Shown: positions 27,661 through 41,809, counted from the stretch's first letter. The stretch is DNA of 64,000 nucleotides from Heptranchias perlo (GCF_035084215.1 NC_090334.1:53072001-53136000); one strand, 5' to 3'. Program-made: numbers and translations. Notes: generated by a model not told the origin, from the letters alone.

Positions 27661-30370
27661 GACTCCAGATCCTCTTCACCACATGCTTCCGCAATATTGC
27701 CTACCTCCACCCCTACCTCAGCCCATCTGCCCCTGAAACCCTCATCCATGCCTTTGTCACCTCCAGACCCAGCCATTCCAATGTGACTATTCCAACCCTG
27801 ACATGGACACCTCTGTTATTGTTTGGCGAACTTACCTCTACCTTGCGGAGGCTGAATGCCAACTCTCCGATACCTCCTCCTGGACCACAACCCTACCACA
27901 GAACATCAAGCCATAGTTTCGCAGACAGTCCCTGGCCTCATCTCCTCTGGAGATCTTCCTTCCTTGGCCTCCAACCTCATAGTGCCCCAACCCCGTACTG
28001 CCCCCTTCTACCTCCTTCCCAAGATCCACAAACAGGACTGCCCCAGTGGACTCATCATTTCAGCCTGTTCTTGCCCCAGGGAACTTATTTCTTATTACCT
28101 CGACTCTCTTCTCCCCCTGGCCAGTCTCTTCCGACCTACATTAGCGATTTTTCCAAAGCCCTCCGCCACTTTAATAGTTTCCAGTTTCCTGGCCTTAACC
28201 ATCTCCTTTTCACCATGGACGTCCAGTCCTTCTACACCTCCATCCCCCACCAGGACAGCCAGCGGGCCCTCCGCTTCTTCCTTGAACAGAGGCCCATCAC
28301 CACCCTCCTCCTCCACCTGGCTGAACTTGTTCTTACGATGAACAACTTCTCCTTTGACTCCACTCACTTTCTCCAAATAAAAGGTGCCGTTATGGGAATC
28401 CTTATGGGTCCTAGCTATGTCTGCCTTTTTGAGAGATAGGTGGAATATTTCTTTGTTCCAGTCCTACACAGGTCCCCTCCTTCACCTCTTCCAGTGCATT
28501 GATGACTGTATGAGTGCTGTTTCCTGCTCTCACCTCAATCTGGAAAATTTCATCAACTTTGCTTCCAAATTCCACCCTTCCCTTGCCTTCACATGGTCCA
28601 TCTCCGACTCTTCCCTTCCTCGACTTCTCTACCTCCATTTCTGAGGATAGGCTGTCAACCAATATCTATTATAAGCCCACCGACTCCCACAGCTACCTTG
28701 ATTACACTTCCTTCCACCCTGCTTCCTGTAAGGATTCTCCCAGTTTCTCCGTCGCCATCATATCTGTTCCATCGATGCCACCTTCCATACCAGTGCTTCC
28801 GATAGGTCTTCCTTTTTCCTCAACTGAAAATTCCCCTCCACTGTAGTTGACAGGGCCCTTGACCGTGTCCGTCCTATTTCCCGCACTTCTGCCCTAATCC
28901 CTTCCTCTCCCTCCCAGAACGACGATAGGGTCTCCCTTGACCTCACCTTCCACCCCACCACCCTCCACATTCATTCAACGCATCATCCTCCGCCTTTTCC
29001 GCCACCTCCAGCGCGATCCCACCACCAAACGCATCTTCCCCTCCCTTTCAACATTCCAAAGGGAACATTCCCTCCGCGATACCTTGGTCCACACTTCCAT
29101 CATCCCAAACATCTGCTCTCCTTTCCACAGCGCCTTTCCGTGCGAGTGGAGGAGATGCAACACTGCCTTTCAGCTCCTCCCTTCCCACCATCCAGGGCCC
29201 CAAACATTCCTTCCAGGTGAAACAGCTTGTACTTCTTTCAATTTAGTATACTGTATTCTCTGCTCACGATGCAGTCTCCTCTAGATTGGAGAGACCAAAC
29301 GCAGTTTGGGTGATCACTTTCCTGAACACCTCCGCTCTGTCTGCAAGCGTGACCCTGGCCTTCCAGGCGCTTGCCATTTTTAATTCTCCGCCCCACTCTG
29401 ACCTCTCTGTCCTCAGCCTCCTCCACTGTTCGAATGAAGCTCAATGGAAGCTCGAGGAACAGCACCTCATCTTTCCTTCAGACACTTTACTACCTTCCAG
29501 GCTCAACACTGATTTCAATAACTTCAGATCATAACCGCTGCTCCCATTTTTTCGGACAGTAGGTGCCGGTAATGGTTCTGCTGTTTCTATTTACATCTCT
29601 TTTAGGCCCATCTTTTGTTTCTTTACTTGTCCCATTACCACCCTCCTTGCCTTCCCCAATATCCCTTTTGTCAATTAATCACTCCTGTCCTCCAACCTAT
29701 CACAGACCTTCTCTTTTGTTCTTTCCTCCCCATCTCTTTGCCTGGCTCTGTACTTGCTTAAAAACTGTTCAATCTTTAACTTCTTCCAGTTCCGATGAAA
29801 GGTCATTGACCTGAAACGTTAACTGTTTCTTTCTCCACAGATGCTGCCTGACTTGCTGAGTATTTCCAGCATTTTCTGTTTTTATTTCAACTATTCCAAT
29901 GCTCCCCTGACCAACCTCCCACCCTTTACCTTCCATATACTTCGGTTATTCCAAAACTGATGTCTGTACTTTATCCTGCACCAAGTCTCACTCACCTGTC
30001 ATCCCTGATTTCGCTGACCTACATCGGCTCCTGGTCTCCCAATGCCTAAATTTAAAATTCTCATCCTTGTGCTTAAATCCCTTCATGGCTTCATCCCTCA
30101 ACTCCTCCAGCACTACAACTCCCCATTCCTCTGATTCCAGCTTCTTGAGCCATCCCTCCACCTTTCACCCCAGCATCAGCAGCTGTGTCTTAGCTGCCTA
30201 AGGCCTACATTCTTGAATTCCCTCCCTAAACCTCTCTCCTGCCCTCTTCAAGAACTTCCTTAGAATCCACCTCTTCGACCAAGGTTTTGGTCACGCCGCC
30301 TAATATCCCATTTTTGGCTCAGCATCCATTTTTTCCTTGATCCTCTGGAAAGCGTTTTGGGATGTTTTGC
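27661..30370 (+). mobile_element. L2 LINE 3' fragment split by a Penelope insertion
   Basis: ctgaaaccctcatccatgcctttgtcacctccaga continues after 29899 with L2 3' text ending agcgttttgggatgtttt. Confidence 0.7.
27796..29889 (+). mobile_element. Decayed Penelope-like element (older family B) with 10-bp TSD
   Basis: FYLLPKIHK, MDVQSFYTSIPH, GAVMG, CIDD, YYKPTDSH, FNLVYCILC remnants; actattccaa at 27786-27795 and 29890-29899. Confidence 0.9.
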
Positions 30371-30439
30371 TAATGTAGATGGAATATAGTGCCTTTAATG
30401 TAGAAAAACATCCAACAGTTCTTTACAGAGGTGTAATCA

Positions 30440-31100
30440 GACAAAAATGGACAACAACTTGCATTTATATAGTATCTTTAACATAGTAAAACATCCCAAG
30501 GCACTTCACAGGAGCATTATCAGACACAATTTGACACCGAGCTGCACAGGGATATATTAGGACAGGAAAGAGGTAGGTTTCAAGGAACGTCTTAAACGAG
30601 GAATAAGAGGCAGAGAGGTTTAGGGAGGGAATTCCAGTGCTCGGGGCCTAGACAGCTGAAGCAAGGCCGCCAGAGGTGGGACGAAGGGAATCAGGGATAC
30701 ACAATAGGCCAGAAATGGAGAAATGCAGCGTTCTTGGAGGGTTGTCGGGGCTGATGGAGGTTACAGAGATGGGGAGGAGCTATGGAGGGAATGGTTCACA
30801 AGGTTGAAAATTTTTAATTTGAGACTTTGCTGGCCCAGGAGCCGACATAGGTCAGTGAGCACAGAGGTAACGGGAGAACGGGACGTAATGTGAGTTAGGA
30901 TATGGGCAGAATTTTGGATGAGCTCAAGTTTACAGAGGGTGGAAGATGGGAGGCTGGCCAGAAGAACATTGGAATAATCAAGTCTGGAGATAACAAAGGC
31001 AATGGATGAGAGTTTCAGAAGCAGATGGGCTGAGGCAGGGATGGATGCACACAATTCCAAGCAAGTGGAAATAGGTAGTCTTTGGGATGGAAATGATATG
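30440..31100 (-). mobile_element. L2 LINE 3' fragment
   Basis: AFVISRLDYSNVLLASLP...LELIQNSA motif; tail aacaacaacttgcatttatatag. Confidence 0.8.
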
Positions 31101-31493
31101 GGTTTCGAAACTCAAAATACCAAGACTGAACGGTCTGGTGCAAGTGGTGGTTGTTTTATGGTATTGCCAAAGCAAAACATACATGCATTTTAACTAAGAG
31201 GGGATTTTCAAAACCATATTATTATTGGTTTGGAATATTCCCCTCATTAACCTTTTCACTTGTAGTTGCTGTTTCACTGAACCTAAATTCCTGTTTGTCA
31301 GATGTTAAACCTCATGTCATCCATTTAAGCACAGGTTAATATTTAATGATGGAAGATTATTGATAAATTAACATTGCTCTTCCTACACAGTCATTATTGT
31401 TTGATTGAGGAAAAGGTTTGTAGCAGCTACTCTAGAAGACGGAAGGCAATATAGATATCACTACGTTACGTCGAAAGTTTAATTTTCATGTAC

Positions 31494-31631
31494 CTCCATG
31501 ATATGCTTTTCTCCAGATGAATTTAGATGGTTTTGGTCATCCACAGTTACTAATCTGTAAGTCAGAGACATGCTTGCATCTTGCTGGTTTTCTTTGTTCA
31601 TATACTCAGTTATTCCTAATGACTCGGCAAC
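31494..31631 (-). CDS. ZNF839: ZNF839-like exon 6
   Basis: ttctag| VAESLGITEYMNKENQQDASMSLTYRLVTVDDQNHLNSSGEKHIME |gtacat; 138 nt; VAESLGITE is recalled as a ZNF839 motif. Confidence 0.85.
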
Positions 31632-33449
31632 CTAGAACATTTGCGGGAGAGAAAGACATGAAAAAGCTACAATTTCCTTCTGCTCAATTCATAAAACTAT
31701 TGCAATGCTATACACTTACTCACACTATTCATGAACTCTAGCTAAATTTTGAAGTAAAGAGATGTTCTCTTTTACACCGTGAGTATTGTGGCAGATAGCA
31801 GATCTTTAATAGAAAGTATTAAAAACATGTGAAATATCCATGGCTAAGTTTTGCAGACTTTGAGCAGGTGTAATGACTCAATGTGGAAAGATGGTAACTG
31901 GGAGTTGCTGGAACTCTTGTGGAATAGCTACAATACCAGACTACTAGAGGAGATGAACAAGGTAACCAAGAACTGTCTAAAGAATGAAGAAAAGGTGTCA
32001 GAATGGTTTAAATGAAGAGAGAAGTCTGTCAAGGTTGCATTTCATCACACGTCTTGGACCATATATTTTAAGCTAGACAATGGATGTAACCAATGAGCCC
32101 TAAATTGTAAGGATAGGCTGGTATCTGTTAAGGATCTGTGGTCAAATATCCCTGCTGGATCCTTGGTTACTTCCATCATGATGATTAAGGAGCTAGTGTT
32201 AAGGAAAAGAAGTGGGGCTCCACATCAGTTTTCAAAGACCAGGATATGCGGTTAGTACAAATAAGAATTCGGAAGGATAAAAGAACACTGAAGAAAGTTA
32301 ATACTGATGACAGAATGGTTCCACTGAAGGGAGTTCATCCAGGTAACATCGAGGTGAAAGTGACTTTAATTTACCTAGAAAGTTGTATAATGAGTGAAGA
32401 GGAAAAGAAAACAGTGTACAGTCATGTTACTCTATCTTGAAAGAGAAGAATATTAGAGGGAATGGGGAACAAGCAAGGGAGTGGGATTGGACTAGACAGC
32501 CCATGTACAGAAAATCCAGCACAGACTTGCTGGGTCAAAAGGCCTGTTTCTGTGCTGTAACATTCTATGATTCTACCTAGGAATATTTTTGATGGAAGTA
32601 GAGATACCATTCTGCAGGAGGCACCTATCATCGGATATGAAAAGGAATTTGAACGAGGATAGTGCCCAATACTTCTGGATGGTGCCGAGTTGGTCCCCAA
32701 GAATTAGACAGAACCGACGGCTGTATGCTTTTGGACAACATTACATAGAGATGTTTAGTATCAGCTGGGGGTCAGAGTAGCCAAGTTAAGAGAATAAAAC
32801 AGTGGCAGGAGTGCAGTAACAGAACATGCTACAGTGAGAAGACTGCAACAGGCAGGTGATAGAATAGATTCCATACCGGAAAAGACTGAGTGGCAATCTA
32901 AAACTGAGATGGTGGGAATGCGTAGGAGAAGACCCGATTGGAAGAATGGCAACTGGTAAACAGCTATAGAAGATAGCAAGGCACTGTATTCTGGGGTCTT
33001 TGGCCAGCCTGCTTAAAGCTGATTGAGTTGAGCAGCTGCTTCATTGCCTAGACTAACGCATGACAAGTGGCTTCTTGGGTGAGGGACTGAAGTGCACTAG
33101 TACCCATGGAACCGTAATTCGTTGCTTTCAGGAGAAGATGGGAAATAATTGGAAAAACAAATGCACGGATCAACCAAAAAGCAAATCCTCTTTGGCAGAA
33201 AGAACCAAGCAATTGTGTTTCAGAACAACAACTTGTACTTTTGTAGGACCTTTAACTTAATAAAATACCCCAAGGTGTTTAAAGAACAGGCATTGCTCCA
33301 AGTGCAGCTTAATAAATGCTCTCTGAAGCAATTCAATTATGTTTGGCCAAAAATGTGGCTTTAGAGGGAGTCAAATGACCCTGAAAGAGACCTGAAGGTT
33401 CCCTTGTTGAAACAATGATTGAGGTGCTTTATTTTCATTTAACCTATGC

Positions 33450-33755
33450 TTCAACAACAACTTGCATTTATATAGGGCTTTTAACGTAGTAAAACATCCC
33501 AAGGCACTTCACAGGAGCGATCGAACAAAATTTGATACCGAGCCACATAAGGAGATATTAGGACAGGTGACCAAAAGCTTGGTCAAAGAGATAGGTTTTA
33601 AGAAGCGTCTTATAGGAAGAGAGAGAGGCAGAGAGGCAGAGGGAGGGAATTCCAGAGCCTAGGCCATAGGCAGCTGAAGGCACAACAGTCAATGGTGGAG
33701 AGAAGAAAATAGGGGATACACAAGAGGCCTGAATTGGAGGAGTGCAGAGATACTC
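33450..33755 (-). mobile_element. L2 LINE / L2-tailed SINE 3' end
   Basis: caacaacaacttgcatttatatag...gacaggtgaccaaaagcttggtcaaagag. Confidence 0.75.
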
Positions 33756-34135
33756 GTGCATAAAATATAACCCTTGGGCTTAGTGAGAATCTCTTTAAAG
33801 TTACTGGTTTTAGGCTTGAACTGCTGGAAAATGACATTACACAGGTTTTATTATAACACAAAATGGTCCAGCAGAAAATATTTTTCTGTTTTAGAATTTG
33901 AGATACCTGTAAACAATAAATAAGCACTAGTAGCTGGCAAAAAAGGTCAAAATATCCAACACCAACAAAACTGTAGATACCAATAAAAGGCAACCCCAGT
34001 AAATCTGGAGAGTGGAGGGATTTATTTCAGTATTAATTATTCCTATGTATATTTGATGGTCCTTAATTACCTTCATGCAAAAAATGGGCAATGGCATAAT
34101 AGGTGAAAGAAAAATTTTAGGAACTAAATTTGTTA

Positions 34136-34333
<198 letters not shown>

Positions 34334-34789
34334 CTAGGAATTCAGCAGTAAACGTGAAAATCCAGCTCTCCTGGAGAACAAAATCTATCCCTTATATGAC
34401 TTGAATGCCTAAAGATCCAACTGTATAATTGTTATAGCGTACAATACAAAAGAGTAACTAACTATTGTACAACATAATAGTTGCTCAAGTTATTGTTCAA
34501 GTGAGAATTCTGTTATGTGCACTGGTTTCCCAACAGGCCAACGTTCCTGATTAATGGCACATTTTCTTCCAAACCCACAAAGTATTTTCATTACTAAAAT
34601 AACACCTTGGGAGATGTATGAACAACCTTAAAGGAGCATTCCTTCATAATGGGCTCCTAGATACTAAGACCATTAATAATTTGGAAGCATATAATTCAGC
34701 TGCTGCTGCTACCGTGGCAACCACTATACTCGTAACTAGAAACGCAAGTCGTGCTCTTAAACATTCCACCTCTCAAAAGAGTTCAAATT

Positions 34790-34970
34790 AAAAAAAAAAC
34801 CTGCAAATGCAGGAAGTACAGCAGATCAATCAGTATCTGTAAAGGGAAAAGACTGGTTAATGTTTTGGGTGTAACCAATCAGAACAAATAAGTTACACCT
34901 AAAACATTAATTTGTCTTCTTTTTACAGATAACTGATCTATTGCGTATTCCTGGCATTTCTGTTTTTGCT
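34790..34970. repeat. Degenerate palindrome of inverted Penelope terminal repeats
   Basis: atctgtaaag...ttaatgttttgggtgtaac / gttacacctaaaacattaa...tttacagat inverted arms resemble family B termini. Confidence 0.55.
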
Positions 34971-36447
34971 CCATCTGCCAAAAGACTTGGGAAGGTGGCA
35001 GGGCAAATCATTCAGAAGCCATTTAAAACCTATCTTTCTGTGAACACAAACTTGTCACAATATTAAAAAGTTACTGCTTACAAAAAAAACTGTGCTGAAG
35101 GGGTGGCAGTATGAGGAGAGAAAAAGCATTACAGAACAATTATGTACCAATGCCAAATCCACAAAGTGGTTTGCACCCAGAGGGGCTATCGGAATGGGAG
35201 AAATTCATCCACAAGAAAGGAGACTTAAGCAATACAAAAACTGGCAATCAATCCAGACCATTTTGGCTGAGGATAGGTTTTCATCCAAGGCCAAGGTAAA
35301 AGGAAATATGTTCATATTTTAACCAAAGGAAAGGTCATATACTGGAATTACAGACAGACTGCACACTACATTATCCCTCTGCTTTTAGCAGATTTTTTTT
35401 TTGGGAGGGGAGAGAAGTAGTTAGGAAGAAAAGTCAGAACTCCTCACCTTAATTACTAGGTCCACCATTTTGAGTACAGCACCACAGGGTGGCAGCTTTC
35501 ATGAAACCATCACAGCTGACGTACTGCTAACAATTCTCACCGAGGATTCTGTTTCGGTCACCATTATTTCCAGTTTGCGACAGGGGTGGAAAGACTTGCA
35601 AAATGGTGGATTTATAAATAACTTGTGAATTGAGGGATGTTACATGCACATATATACACATGCACACTTGAGGTTTTTAAATAAAAAGTAGATCTTTGTT
35701 TAGGGTCCTCCAGAGCATGGTAAGTCTGCAATATCATGCAGTATTTAATTTGTCTATTTCTAGTGGAGCCAGGAAGGAATGCATCTTTAAGCAACCATGA
35801 AAACCTTCAGACATTCAAGTTTTACAAATAATAAATCCAACAAATATAAAAAATGTTATTGTCTCTGAAACAGCATAATGTATCCATTAAAGTTTCCCAT
35901 GCTTTGCATGTTACTGTATTTATAATGTTGGATGAATAAAATGATCAACTGCAGATTAATAATTTTCTGAATGGCTTCAGATTACTTGGCCTATTGTGAA
36001 ACTATTATCATGCACGTCATCAATCTTTTATATAAATTAGCATAAGAGAGCATGTTTTGTGGGCAAATTTGCTTAAATATTGTAATTGTCAAATTGGTTT
36101 GATAGCTATAGCATTTCCACACTAAAACTACAATAGCTTTAGGAGAATTTTGAACTAAGTATAATTCAGCAATAAAATGTACAGAACAGCCTGTATCAAT
36201 TGTATTGGAAGAACAACTTGTGCAGATATTGGAATGGCAGAAAATCTGCAACAGTTGACAGTTCTGAGATATTTGTTAAGAGTTTATTTCAGGCTTGATA
36301 GCTGAGAGTATATTCTGGTAATTTAGTTTTTGGATGAAATATTAGGAATTGGACCTGAATATTCATCGGTTAGTTATGTAAAAATTATTCTGTATTAATG
36401 CTCAAAATACAGCTGTCCACATTTGCTCCAAGGATAATGTGGCTTAC

Positions 36448-36540
36448 CTTCATCAACAGAAATTCCCAGAGAGTAATGACTTTTGTAAGCCTGGGGAGAG
36501 CCAATTCCATCAGTTCCTCATCATCACACTGTTTTAGGAG
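36448..36540 (-). CDS. ZNF839: ZNF839-like exon 4
   Basis: aactag| LLKQCDDEELMELALPRLTKVITLWEFLLMK |gtaagc; 93 nt; resembles the conserved ZNF839 helical region. Confidence 0.92.
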
Positions 36541-37029
36541 CTAGTTAAAACATAATTTTAATTAATGTGCTGGTCAGAAAACATGATAGTCAGTATCCTG
36601 CAATGAAGGTACTATAATTACTACATTAGGATATACATATTTTGACTGAATTATAGTAACATCGCTTAAAGTAGCTATTGCAAATTAAGATTTCATGATC
36701 CTATTTCTTAGACTATTCAAATGTCCTTGACACACAAACCTTTGTTTTAAAGTTTAAAAGCTGCAAGAAGCTTTTGGACAAAACAGTACTGCAATTTCAA
36801 TACGATAGTTTCACAGCACCAAAATGAAAAGGCTACTCTTTACTTAAAAAATGAAACATTAGGTACATTTGAAGTCAAAACATAATTGGTCAATTAGGCA
36901 AGAATGAACAACAAGGCATGTGTAAAGGGGGAAGAGGATAACTATGCCAGAAATTCTTTTGGCACAAGGTGGAATAAGATGTTGAAAAAAATTCCTGGTG
37001 TATAATATATTCACAATGTCTTTCAAATG

Positions 37030-37310
37030 TGCCTGACATAAAAGATCAAAAGGCTCTATTCGAAGGGGAGTAAGGGAGGTCTCCTAGTGCCCTGGCTAAA
37101 TTTCATCTCTCAACCAACACCACCAGAAACAAATTAACTGGTCATTCCTCTTATTGCTGTTTGTGGGACCTTGCTGTGTGTAAATTGGCTGCTGTGTTTG
37201 CCTACAAAATAACCACACTTCAAAAATAATTAATTGGCGATAAAGTGCTTTGAGATGTCCTGAGCATGTGAACGGCACTATAAAATACAAGTTATTTCTT
37301 TCTTCTTTTT
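37030..37310 (+). mobile_element. Deu-domain SINE (SacSINE1/AmnSINE1-like) 3' half
   Basis: ctggtcatt...attgctgtttgtgggaccttgctgtgtgtaaattggctgctgtgtttgcctaca...acacttcaaaa...gtgctttgagatgtcctga. Confidence 0.7.
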
Positions 37311-37619
37311 ATAAACATGCTTTGTCATTGCTACTAGATCACAAGTCTATTATATAAGATATTAGGTACGATTACGTATAAAAAATACTGAAACATGATT
37401 TTATGTGATGCAGATGGATAGCTCCACAAAAACTTGCAAAGACAAAGGCAACCGTTGAAATTTAAATGCCCCGAGTTCATTTTCCAAGGTGTTTACCACC
37501 CTACAATAACCAATATATATGTAACAAATATGTAACAAACAAACTGGTGGGCCCTGAGTCAAAATGGTATCAGTGTTATTTTTACTCCAGATGAGATGTT
37601 GGAAGAAATATTTTAGGTT

Positions 37620-40272
37620 AACAGAAAATGCTGGAAATACTCAGCAGAAATATTTTAGGTTAACAACAGAAAATGCTGGAAATACACAGCATCTGTGGAG
37701 AGAACACCAGAGTTAACGATTCAGGTCAATGACCTTTTGTCAGAACCGGAAGATGTTGAAGATTGAACAGTTTTTATGCAAGCACAGAGCCAGGGAAAGA
37801 GAAATGGGGGGTGGTGGAGGCGAGTAAAGAACAAAAGGGAAGGTCTGTGATAGGGCGGAGGACAGCAGTGATTAAATGACAAAAGGGATGATGGTGGTGG
37901 TAATGGGACAAGTAAAGAAACAAAATAACTATTACCAGCTTCAAAGGAACAGTGTAGGAGACCAAAGACAGAAGTCAGAGTGGGAATGGGACAGAGAATT
38001 AAAATAGCAAGAGACCGGAAGCTCAGGGTCACACTTGCAGACTGAATGGAGGTGCTCAGCAAAGCGATCACCCAATCTGCGATTGGTCTCCCCAACGTAG
38101 AGGGGACCGCATCATGAGCAGCGAATGCAGCATACTGAATTGAAAGACGTACAAGCGAGGAGGTGAAAGGGTAGGTGTTGCATCTCCTGCGCTTGCACGG
38201 GCAGGTGCCATGGGAAGGGGAGCGGGTGTTGAGGGTGATGGACAAGTCGACCAAGGTGTCGTGGAAGGGACGGTCCCTTTGGAATGCTGAAAAGTGAAGG
38301 GGAGGAAGATACGTTTGGTGGTAGCATCGCGCTGAAGGTGGCGGAAATGGCAGAGGATGATCTGTTGAATGTGGAGGCTGGTGGGATGGAAGGTGAGGAC
38401 AAGGGAGAACCCTATCATGGTTCTGGGAGGGAGGTGAAGGGTTGCGTGTGCAGAAGGGCAGGAAATGGGAAGGACACAGTCGAGGGCCCGGTCAACAACA
38501 ATGGGAGAGAATCCTCAGTTGAGGAAAAAGGAAGACATATCGGAAGCATTGGTGTGGAAGGTGGCATTGTCGGAACAGATGTGAAGACGGCGGAGAAACT
38601 GGGAGAATGGAACAGAGTCTTACAGGAAGCGGGGTGGGAGAAAGTGTAATCAAGGTAGCTGTGAGAGTCAGTGGACTTATAGTAGATATTAGTTAATAGA
38701 CTACCCCCAGAAAGCAGTTGAGGAAGGTGAGGGGAGAGTCAGAAATGGACCACGTGAAGGCGAGGGAGGGGTGGAAATTGGAAGCCACGTTGATTAAATT
38801 TTCCAGTTCGGAGCAAGAGCACAAAGCTGCACCAATACAGTAATCAATGTACCGGAAAAAGAGGTGAGGGAGGAGACCGGAGTAGGACTGGAACAAAGAA
38901 TGTTCCACGTAGCCCACAAAAAGGCAGACAAGCGCTACGAGTTCCTATAGCGACACCTTTTATTTGGAGGAAGTGAGTGGAGTCAAATGAGAAGTTGCTC
39001 AGTGTAAGAACAAGTTCAGCCCGGCAGAGGAGAATGGTGATGGATGGGGGCTGCTTGCGCCTCCGTTCAAGGAAGAAGCGGAGGTCCCGCAGGCCGTTCT
39101 GCTGGGGGATAGAGGTGTAGAGGGACTAGGCACCCATGGTGAAAAGGAGACGGTTAGGGTCGGGAAACTGGAAACTGTTAAAATGTTGGAGGGCGTCAGA
39201 AGTGCCTCCGCATTCAGCGGATCATCCTTCGCCATTTCCGCCACTTCCCCCGCAATGCCACCACCTAGTGCATCTATCCTCCCCTCCCGTTTCAGCATTC
39301 CAAAGGGACCGTTCCCTCTGAGATACTCCAGTCCACTTGCCCATCACCCCCAACACCAGCACACCTTCCCGTGTGAACACAAGAGATGCAACACCTGCTC
39401 TTTCACCTCCTCCCTTCCCACCATCTAGGACCTTCCAGGTGAAACAGTGATTTACTTGTACTTCTTTCAGTTTAGTACAGTATTTGCTGTGATAGATTTT
39501 TTGACTCTAAGGGAACCAAGGGGATTTGGGGATCGGGCGGGAAAGTGGAGTTGAGATTAAAGATCAGCCATTCCTTATTGAATGGCAGAGCAGGCTTGAG
39601 GGGCCGTATGGCTTATTCCTGCTCCTATTTCTTATCTTCTTATGCTCACGATGCGGTCTCCTCTACATTGGAGAGATCAAGCGCAGATAGTGTGATTGCT
39701 TTGCTGAACACCTCCATTCAATCCACAAGAGTGACCCTGAGCTTCCGGTCGCTTGTCATTTTAATTGTCTGTCCCACTCCCACTCTGACCTCTCTGTCCT
39801 TGACCTCCTACACTGTTCCAATGAGGCTCAATGGAAGCTTGAGAAACAGCACCCCATCTTTTGATTGAGCACTTTACAACCTTCCGGACTCAGCACTGAT
39901 TTCAGTAGCTTCAGATCATAACCACTGCTTCCACTTTTCCAAAGCAGGTGCTGGTAATAGTTCTGCTGTTGCCATTTACAGCTCCTCTGGACCCATCTTT
40001 TGTTCCTTTATTTGTCCCATTATCACCCTCCTTACTTTGAACCATCATCCCTTTAAGTCACTCCTGCCTTCCACCATATCACAGTCCTCCTCCTCCCCCT
40101 GTACTTGCTTAAAAACTGTTCAATCTTTAACTTCCAGGTCTAACGAAAGGTCATTGACCTGAAACGTCAACTCTGTTTCTCTCTCCACAGATGCTACCTG
40201 ATCTGCTGAGTATTTCCAGCATTTTCTGTTTTTATTTCAGATTTCCAGCATCTGCAGTATTTTGCTTTTGTT
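37620..40272. mobile_element. Two family B Penelope fragments in inverted (tails-out) arrangement, with a CR1 tail inserted at about 39490-39642
   Basis: Minus copy 37620-39200 (FFRYIDY, CKRRRCNT) abuts plus copy 39205-40272. Both end in the same ctgctgagtatttccagcattttctg terminus. Confidence 0.85.
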
Positions 40273-41809
40273 TAAATATTTTGGGGTGTCAGGGGAGAAA
40301 AAATGTTAAGAAATAATCTGTCTACTATTAATATTAGAAATTTTGCATCTAGCACAGACTTCTAGTAAATATCACAATTCATTCCTGTAACTTTATCATC
40401 ACACTGTTGATAAAACTCCTAACTATCGCTACATATATTAAAAATGGTGAGTGGTCTCAACATGCCAAAGGTATTGCATCTATAGGTGGCGTGGTAAATA
40501 TAACATTATGTAACCTAATGTTACGTGACAGGCCACCCAAGGGAAAGATTGGAAACCCACCTTCGGAACCAAACAGGAAAAAAAAATGGAAAGGTTCATA
40601 AAAAAAACAAATGGACATTGTAAAAAAAGTATGAAGCACCTTTTAAGATTGAAAAAGATTGTAAAAAAAAAAATCAATAGGAGCAAAAAGAAAGGAACAC
40701 ATGGTCAAAATCGGCATCGTAAAAGATTTTGATGGTATTGTCACATCTGGACAAGGGAACGAAGCAGTACTTTGCAAAGAATATAAAGTTCTCCCTGGTG
40801 TCCGCAGCATTCACTGGTAAAACTTAAATTTAACGAAACAGAATGAAAACAAATGCTCATAGGCTTGTAATCTATATCGCTGAGCATGAAGGAAAGCAGG
40901 GCAGCCTTGACAGAAAAGGCGACCAAACCATAGGCAAAGAGGAATGAAGCTCTCATGGCCACTGAAACAGGATGAGGTACAAACCAACCACAGGCACCCC
41001 GCACCGAAACACAAACTGATGTCTGGCATGCCCCCGTTCCCTAAATGGTTGGCATGCTCCCCCTGCGAAAAGTAAAATTGATTGCAGGTGTGTCCCCACT
41101 TACCTATGAGATTAAAATTATCTATATGTCCTCGTTCCCCTCCCCATGTGACTAAAATTGATGGCTGCCACGTACCTGTTCCCTCCACACAGGCACAAAA
41201 AGGAACCTCCCTGCTAATGCACGAATCGAACTCCGACCACCCCCCAACCCTGGCTGAGACATAAATCGTAGGCACACCCTCCAAGTTCAGGCACAAATAG
41301 GAACTGATAGGAATTGGACATTGCATCCCCCTGCTAGCTGAAGCAAATTTCAAACTTAGGTGCCTCCACCCCTGAAGTAAACTCCTGGTCTCGTCCTCTT
41401 TTCGCACCCCATTCCCTTCTTTCTCTCCCCCTCCCCTCAGACTCTAACTCCTCCCCTTCTCTCGCTGATCACCCCTTCCCGAGACACAAATAGGAGCCCG
41501 TCACCCACCCCACCAGAGTCAAAGTTCAAGCTCAGAATCCCCAATCCTGCTCAGGCTTTTCCAGCCCTCACTTGGTCCCTTTCCCTGCTCACCACCCTTC
41601 CCCTCTCCCCCTCATCTTTTCCCCCATTCCCTCCTCCCCATTATAACACCCACCCCATTAGCACCCTTCCCCTCTCCACTATCTGCCCTCCTTTACATCC
41701 TCCCAGCACCTCGAACATTTTGAAATGGTCATTAAGTAAATTTTAGGTCCAATCTAGATTTAAAATCTGCACCTAAATTTAACCAAGCCACATTTACAAA
41801 ATCTCATAC

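Noticed and set aside
33772-33906. Possible extra ZNF839 exon (tttacag|VSQILKQKNIF...)
   Set aside because: It has an acceptor-like site and an open frame, but a weak donor and no recognisable similarity. Exon 5 already joins the VAESLGITE exon in phase.
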